From positions 36,009 through 100,008 of the forward strand of contig NIVC01003392.1 in NCBI GenBank assembly GCA_002269645.1: a stretch of DNA of 64,000 nt, written 5' to 3'. Origin of the DNA: Macrostomum lignano (lineage: Eukaryota). Numbering within the stretch: the stretch's first letter is position 1; each line of letters begins with the position of its first letter. Shown here in pieces: positions 56,604-64,000 of the stretch. Under the pieces are notes generated by a model. It worked only from the letters and a program-made list of their open reading frames with translations, was not told the origin of the DNA and did not search any database. The position numbers were made by a program, and so were the translations under genes.

Positions 56604-59600
56604 GGAGTTGCTTGCGTCACTCGTCTGCATCAAAGCTGACTTGCCGTCTCCAGACTGGGCCTGTCAAATTTGGCATTTATACGAGAATTCAGGATTGACA
56701 GTTTACAACTGATATTCTACTGAGACTTTGAAACAGACTGGCATATTGGTGTCAGTGCAGTCTGTAGGTTAGCTGGACCACCTAAACTTGAATTCCACCT
56801 CCTATCTGTGGGGCTCTTAAACAGACTTGATCAGTTGCGTCAGTGCAGTCTCTAGGTTAGCTGGACCACCTAAACTTGAATTCCACCCCATCTATGAGGC
56901 TCTAAAACAGACTGGCTCTGTGGCGTCAGTGCAGTCTGTAGGTTAGCTGGACCTCCTAAACTTGAATTCCACCCCATCTATGAGGCTCTAAAACAGACTG
57001 GCTCTGTGGCGTCAGTACAGTCTGTAGGTTAGCTGGACCAGTTCAATTAGAATAGGATAAGCCAAATCTGAACACTTTTGCAGCAAGCTCATCACAGTAG
57101 ATTCAATCTCGTCCTATGACTGAACTGCGATGAGGCAACACGTCTGTCCACCGGACTGACCAGCGTCTCAGGTGCCTCAGCCGACTTCTTAGAAGTGTCC
57201 AGACGTGAGGTGTCAGCCTATAGTCGACTAATGGCTCTTGGCCTTTAAAGTCTTGGTCGATATCTTGCTGGAGTTGCTTGCGTCACTCGTCTGCATCAAA
57301 GCTGACTTGCCGTCTCCAGACTGGGCCTGTCAAATTTGGCATTTATACGAGAATTCAGGATTGACAGTTTACAACTGATATTCTACTGAGACTTTGAAAC
57401 AGACTGGCATATTGGTGTCAGTACAGTCTGTAGGTTAGCTGGACCACCTAAACTTGAATTCCACCTCCTATCTGTGAGGCTCTTCAACAGACTGGCTCAG
57501 TTGCGTCAGTGCAGTCTGTAGGTTAGCTGGACCAGCTAAACTTGAATTCCACCTCCTATTGGTGAGGCTCTAAAACAGACTGGCTCAGTTGCGTCAGTGC
57601 AGTCTGTAGGTTAGCTGGACCACCTAAACTTGAATTCCACCTCCTATCTGTGAGGCTCTAAAACAGACTGGATCAGTTGCGTCAGTACAGTCTGTAGGTT
57701 AGCTGGACCACCTAAACTTGAATTCCACCCCATCTGTGAGGCTCTAAAACAGACTGGCTCTGTGGCGTCAGTACAGTCTGTAGGTTAGCTGGACCAGTTC
57801 AATTAGAATAGGATAAGCCAAATCTGAACACTTTGCAGCAAGCTCACCACAGTAGATTCAATCTCGTCCTATGACTGAACTGCGATGAGGCAACACGTCT
57901 GTCCACCGGACTGACCAGCGTCTCAGGTGCCTAAGCCGACTTCTTAGAAGTTTCCAGACGTGAGGTGTCAGCCTATAGTCGACTAATCGCTCTTGGCCTT
58001 TAAAGTCTTGGTCGATATCTTGCTGGAGTTGCTTGCGTCACTCGTCTGCATCAAAGCTGACTTGCCGTCTCCAGACTGGGCCTGTCAAATTTGGCATTTA
58101 TACGAGAATTCAGGATTGACAGTTTACAACTGATATTCTACTGAGACTTTGAAACAGACTGGCATATTGGTGTCAGTGCAGTCTGTAGGTTAGCTGGACC
58201 ACCTAAACTTGAATTCCACCTCCTATCTGTGAGGCTCTTAAACAGACTGGCTCTGTGGCGTCAGTGCAGTCTGTAGGTTAGCTGGACCTCCTAAACTTGA
58301 ATTCCACCCCATCTATGAGGCTCTAAAACAGACTGGCTCAGTTGCGTCAGTACAGTCTGTAGGTTAGCTGGACCAGCTAAACTTGAATTCCACCTCCTAT
58401 TGGTGAGGCTCTAAAACAGACTGGCTCAGTTGCGTCAGTGCAGTCTGTAGGTTAGCTGGACCACCTAAACTTGAATTCCACCTCCTATCTGTGAGGCTCT
58501 AAAACAGACTGGATCAGTTGCGTCAGTACAGTCTGTAGGTTAGCTGGACCACCTAAACTTGAATTCCACCCCATCTGTGAGGCTCTAAAACAGACTGGCT
58601 CTGTGGCGTCAGTACAGTCTGTAGGTTAGCTGGACCAGTTCAATTAGAATAGGATAAGCCAAATCTGAACACTTTGCAGCAAGCTCACCACAGTAGATTC
58701 AATCTCGTCCTATGACTGAACTGCGATGAGGCAACACGTCTGTCCACCGGACTGACCAGCGTCTCAGGTGCCTCAGCTGACTTCTTAGAAGTGTCCAGAC
58801 GTGAGGTGTCAGCCTATAGTCGACTTAATGGCTCTTGGTCTTAAAGTCTTGGTCGATATCTTGCTGGAGTTGCTTGCGTCACTCGTCTGCATCAAAGCTG
58901 ACTTGCCGTCTCCAGACTGGGCCTGTCAAATTTGGCATTTATACGAGAATTCAGGATTGACAGTTTACAACTGATATTCTACTGAGACTTTGAAACAGAC
59001 TGGCATATTGGTGTCAGTACAGTCTGTAGGTTAGCTGGACCACCTAAACTTGAATTCCACCTCCTATCTGTGAGGCTCTTCAACAGACTGGCTCAGTTGC
59101 GTCAGTGCAGTCTGTAGGTTAGCTGGACCAGCTAAACTTGAATTCCACCTCCTATTGGTGAGGCTCTAAAACAGACTGGCTCAGTTGCGTCAGTGCAGTC
59201 TGTAGGTTAGCTGGACCACCTAAACTTGAATTCCACCTCCTATCTGTGAGGCTCTTCAACAGACTGGATCAGTTGCGTCAGTACAGTCTGTAGGTTAGCT
59301 GGACCACCTAAACTTGAATTCCACCCCATCTGTGAGGCTCTAAAACAGACTGGCTCTGTGGCGTCAGTACAGTCTGTAGGTTAGCTGGACCAGTTCAATT
59401 AGAATAGGATAAGCCAAATCTGAACACTTTGCAGCAAGCTCACCACAGTAGATTCAATCTCGTCCTATGACTGAACTGCGATGAGGCAACACGTCTGTCC
59501 ACCGGACTGACCAGCGTCTCAGGTGCCTCAGCTGACTTCTTAGAAGTGTCCAGACGTGAGGTGTCAGCCTATAGTCGACTTAATGGCTCTTGGTCTTAAA

Positions 59601-62600
59601 GTCTTGGTCGATATCTTGCTGGAGTTGCTTGCGTCACTCGTCTGCATCAAAGCTGACTTGCCGTCTCCAGACTGGGCCTGTCAAATTTGGCATTTATACG
59701 AGAATTCAGGATTGACAGTTTACAACTGATATTCTACTGAGACTTTGAAACAGACTGGCATATTGGTGTCAGTGCAGTCTGTAGGTTAGCTGGACCACCT
59801 AAACTTGAATTCCACCTCCTATCTGTGAGGCTCTTAAACAGACTGGCTCTGTGGCGTCAGTGCAGTCTGTAGGTTAGCTGGACCTCCTAAACTTGAATTC
59901 CACCCCATCTATGAGGCTCTAAAACAGACTGGCTCTGTGGCGTCAGTACAGTCTGTAGGTTAGCTGGACCAGTTCAATTAGAATAGGATAAGCCAAATCT
60001 GAACACTTTTGCAGCAAGCTCACCACAGTAGATTCAATCTCGTCCTATGACTGAACTGCGATGAGGCAACACGTCTGTCCACCGGACTGACCAGCGTCTC
60101 AGGTGCCTCAGCCGACTTCTTAGAAGTGTCCAGACGTGAGGTGTCAGCCTATAGTCGACTAATGGCTCTTGGCCTTTAAAGTCTTGGTCGATATCTTGCT
60201 GGAGTTGCTTGCGTCACTCGTCTGCATCAAAGCTGACTTGCCGTCTCCAGACTGGGCCTGTCAAATTTGGCATTTATACGAGAATTCAGGATTGACAGTT
60301 TACAACTGATATTCTACTGAGACTTTGAAACAGACTGGCATATTGGTGTCAGTACAGTCTGTAGCGTTAGCTGGACCACCTAAACTTGAATTCCACCTCC
60401 TATCTGTGAGGCTCTTCAACAGACTGGCTCAGTTGCGTCAGTGCAGTCTGTAGGTTAGCTGGACCAGCTAAACTTGAATTCCACCTCCTATTGGTGAGGC
60501 TCTAAAAACAGACTGGCTCAGTTGCGTCAGTGCAGTCTGTAGGTTAGCTGGACCACCTAAACTTGAATTCCACCTCCTATCTGTGAGGCTCTAAAACAGA
60601 CTGGATCAGTTGCGTCAGTACAGTCTGTAGGTTAGCTGGACCACCTAAACTTGAATTCCACCCATCTGTGAGGCTCTAAAACAGACTGGCTCTGTGGCGT
60701 CAGTACAGTCTGTAGGTTAGCTGGACCAGTTCATCAATTAGAATAGGATAAGCCAAATCTGAACACTTTTTGCAGCAAGCTCACCACAGTAGATTCAATC
60801 TCGTCCAATGACTGAACTGCGATGAGGCAACACGTCTGTCACCGGACTGACCAGCGTCTCAGGTGCCTCAGCTGACTTCTTAGAAGTGTCCAGACGTGAG
60901 TGTCAGCCTATAGTCGACTTAATGGCTCTTGGTCTTAAAGTCTTGGTCGATATCTTGCTGGAGTTGCTTGCGTCACTCGTCTGCATCAAAGCGCTGACTT
61001 GCCGTCTCCAGACTGGGCCTGTCAAATTTGGCATTTATACGAGAATTAGGGATTGACAGTTTACAACTGATATTCTACTGAGACTTTGAAACAGACTGGC
61101 ATATTGGTGTCAGTACAGTCTGTAGGTTAGCTGGACCACCTAAACTTGAATTCCACCTCCTATCTGTGAGGCTCTTCAACAGACTGGCTCAGTTGCGTCA
61201 GTGCAGTCTGTAGGTTAGCTGGACCAGCTAAACTTGAATTCCACCTCCTATCTGTGAGGCTCTTAAACAGACTTGATCAGTTGCGTCAGTACAGTCTGTA
61301 GGTTAGCTGGACCACCTAAACTTGAATTCCACCCCATCTGTGAGGCTCTAAAACAGACGGCTCTGTGGCGTCAGTACAGTCTGTAGGTTAGCTGGACCAG
61401 TTCAATTAGAATAGGATAAGCCAAATCTGAACACTTTGCAGCAAGCTCACCACAGTAGATTCAATCTCGTCCTATGACTGAACTGCGATGAGGCAACACG
61501 TCTGTCCACCGGACTGACCAGCGTCTCAGGTGCCTCAGCTGACTTCTTAGAAGTGTCCAGACGTGAGGTGTCAGCCTATAGTCGACTTAATGGCTCTTGG
61601 TCTTAAAGTCTTGGTCGATATCTTGCTGGAGTTGCTTGCGTCACTCGTCTGCATCAAAGCTGACTTGCCGTCTCCAGACTGGGCCTGTCAAATTTGGCAT
61701 TTATACGAGAATTCAGGATTGACAGTTTACAACTGATATTCTACTGAGACTTGAAACAGACTGGCATATTGGTGTCAGTACAGTCTGTAGGTTAGCTGGA
61801 CCACCTAAACTTGAATTCCACCTCCTATCTGTGAGGCTCTTAAACAGACTGGCTCTGTGGCGTCAGTGCAGTCTGTAGGTTAGCTGGACCTCCTAAACTT
61901 GAATTCCACCCCATCTATGAGGCTCTAAAACAGACTGGCTCTGTGGCGTCAGTACAGTCTGTAGGTTAGCCTGGACCAGTTCAATTAGAATAGGATAAGC
62001 CAAATCTGAACACTTTTGCAGCAAGCTCACCACAGTAGATTCAATCTCGTCCTATGACTGAACTGCGATGAGGCAACACGTCTGTCCACCGGACTGACCA
62101 GCGTCTCAGGTGCCTCAGCCGACTTCTTAGAAGTGTCCAGACGTGAGGTGTCAGCCTATAGTCGACTAATGGCTCTTGGCCTTTAAAGTCTTGGTCGATA
62201 TCTTGCTGGAGTTGCTTGCGTCACTCGTCTGCATCAAAGCTGACTTGCCGTCTCCAGACTGGGCCTGTCAAATTTGGCATTTATACGAGAATTCAGGATT
62301 GACAGTTTACAACTGATATTCTACTGAGACTTTGAAACAGACTGGCATATTGGTGTCAGTACAGTCTGTAGGTTAGCTGGACCACCTAAACTTGAATTCC
62401 ACCTCCTATCTGTGAGGCTCTTCAACAGACTGGCTCAGTTGCGTCAGTGCAGTCTGTAGGTTAGCTGGACCAGCTAAACTTGAATTCCACCTCCTATTGG
62501 TGAGGCTCTAAAACAGACTGGCTCAGTTGCGTCAGTGCAGTCTGTAGGTTAGCTGGACCACCTAAACTTGAATTCCACCTCCTATCTGTGTGAGGCTCTT

Positions 62601-64000
62601 CAACAGACTGGATCAGTTGCGTCAGTACAGTCTGCTAGTTAGCTGGACCACCTAAACTTGAATTCCACCCCATCTGTGAGGCTCTAAAACAGACTGGCTC
62701 TGTGGCGTCAGTACAGTCTGTAGGTTAGCTGGACCAGTTCAATTAGAATAGGATAAGCCAAATCTGAACACTTTGCAGCAAGCTCACCACAGTAGATTCA
62801 ATCTCGTCCTATGACTGAACTGCGATGAGGCAACACGTCTGTCCACCGGACTGACCAGCGTCTCAGGTGCCTCAGCTGACTTCTTAGAAGTGTCCAGACG
62901 TGAGGTGTCAGCCTATAGTCGACTTAATGGCTCTTGGTCTTAAAGTCTTGCGTCGATATCTTGCTGGAGTTGCTTGCGTCACTCGTCTGCATCAAAGCTG
63001 ACTTGCCGTCTCCAGACTGGGCCTGTCAAATTTGGCATTTATACGAGAATTAAGGATTGACAGTTTACAACTGATATTCTACTGAGACTTTGAAACAGAC
63101 TGGCATATTGGTGTCAGTACAGTCTGTAGGTTAGCTGGACCACCTAAACTTGAATTCCACCTCCTATCTGTGAGGCTCTTCAACAGACTGGCTCAGTTGC
63201 GTCAGTGCAGTCTGTAGGTTAGCTGGACCAGCTAAACTTGAATTCCACCTCCTATCTGTGAGGCTCTTAAACAGACTTGATCAGTTGCGTCAGTACAGTC
63301 TGTAGGTTAGCTGGACCACCTAAACTTGAATTCCACCCCATCTGTGAGGCTCTAAAACAGACCGGCTCTGTGGCGTCAGTACAGTCTGTAGGTTAGCTGG
63401 ACCAGTTCAATTAGAATAGGATAAGCCAAATCTGAACACTTTGCAGCAAGCTCACCACAGTAGATTCAATCTCGTCCTATGACTGAACTGCGATGAGGCA
63501 ACACGTCTGTCCACCGGACTGACCAGCGTCTCAGGTGCCTCAGCTGACTTCTTAGAAGCTGTCCAGACGTGAGGTGTCAGCCTATAGTCGACTTAATGGC
63601 TCTTGGTCTTAAAGTCTTGGTCGATATCTTGCTGGAGTTGCTTGCGTCACTCGTCTGCATCAAAGCTGACTTGCCGTCTCCAGACTGGGCCTGTCAAATT
63701 TGGCATTTATACGAGAATTCAGGATGACAGTTTACAACTGATATTCTACTGAGACTTTGAAACAGACTGGCATATTGGTGTCAGTACAGTCTGTAGGTTA
63801 GCTGGACCACCTAAACTTGAATTCCACCTCCTATCTGTGAGGCTCTTAAACAGACTGGCTCTGTGGCGTCAGTGCAGTCTGTAGGTTAGCTGGACCTCCT
63901 AAACTTGAATTCCACCCCATCTATGAGGCTCTAAAACAGACTGGCTCTGTGGCGTCAGTACAGTCTGTAGGTTAGCTGGACCAGTTCAATTAGAATAGGA
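56604..64000 (+). repeat. Hierarchical satellite array: ~87-88-bp subunits within 580-841-bp monomers, 2007-bp superperiod; continues past the window end
   Basis: GAGTTGCTTGCG marker at 56605, 57271, 58026, 58867, 59622, 60202, 60961, 61629, 62209, 62967, 63636. Confidence 0.95.

Noticed and set aside
56604-64000. Hammerhead ribozyme in the satellite, as in schistosome Sm-alpha repeats
   Set aside because: No CTGANGA...GAAA core with flanking stems found by eye in the monomer; a covariance-model search would be needed to exclude it fully.

Overview
Animal genomic DNA with GC-rich spliced exons and introns or spacers saturated with micro- and minisatellites. The style suggests the flatworm Macrostomum lignano, but that is inference, not proof. 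Seven protein-coding loci were reconstructed by hand from GT-AG junctions with consistent phases. (1) The 3' five exons of a disordered, Tyr-motif/Pro-rich scaffold-like protein (789-23457). (2) An orphan minus-strand ORF (28142-28693). (3, 4) Two PAN + F-type-lectin paralogs (29800-30586, 36661-37837). (5) A secreted PAN + ALK/LTK-type glycine-rich protein (33244-35849). (6) A ~998-aa secreted protein of alternating peptidase-M15-like and Hedgehog-N-like domains with degenerate zinc sites and no Hint domain (40689-49498), the most interesting locus. (7) An N-myristoylation-motif protein with four internal repeats (51920-55122). Mobile DNA: a TTAA-flanked 3.4-kb foldback element carrying a solo LTR, a tRNA/CORE-like SINE family and a decayed Tc1/IS630 transposase. 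The last 7.4 kb is a three-level satellite (88 bp, then 580-841 bp, then 2007 bp). Several minisatellites appear to have grown out of functional signals: a stop codon and a splice donor. Four apparent frameshifts are all single missing bases and are probably assembly errors. All domain calls are from by-eye motif recognition; no searches were run.
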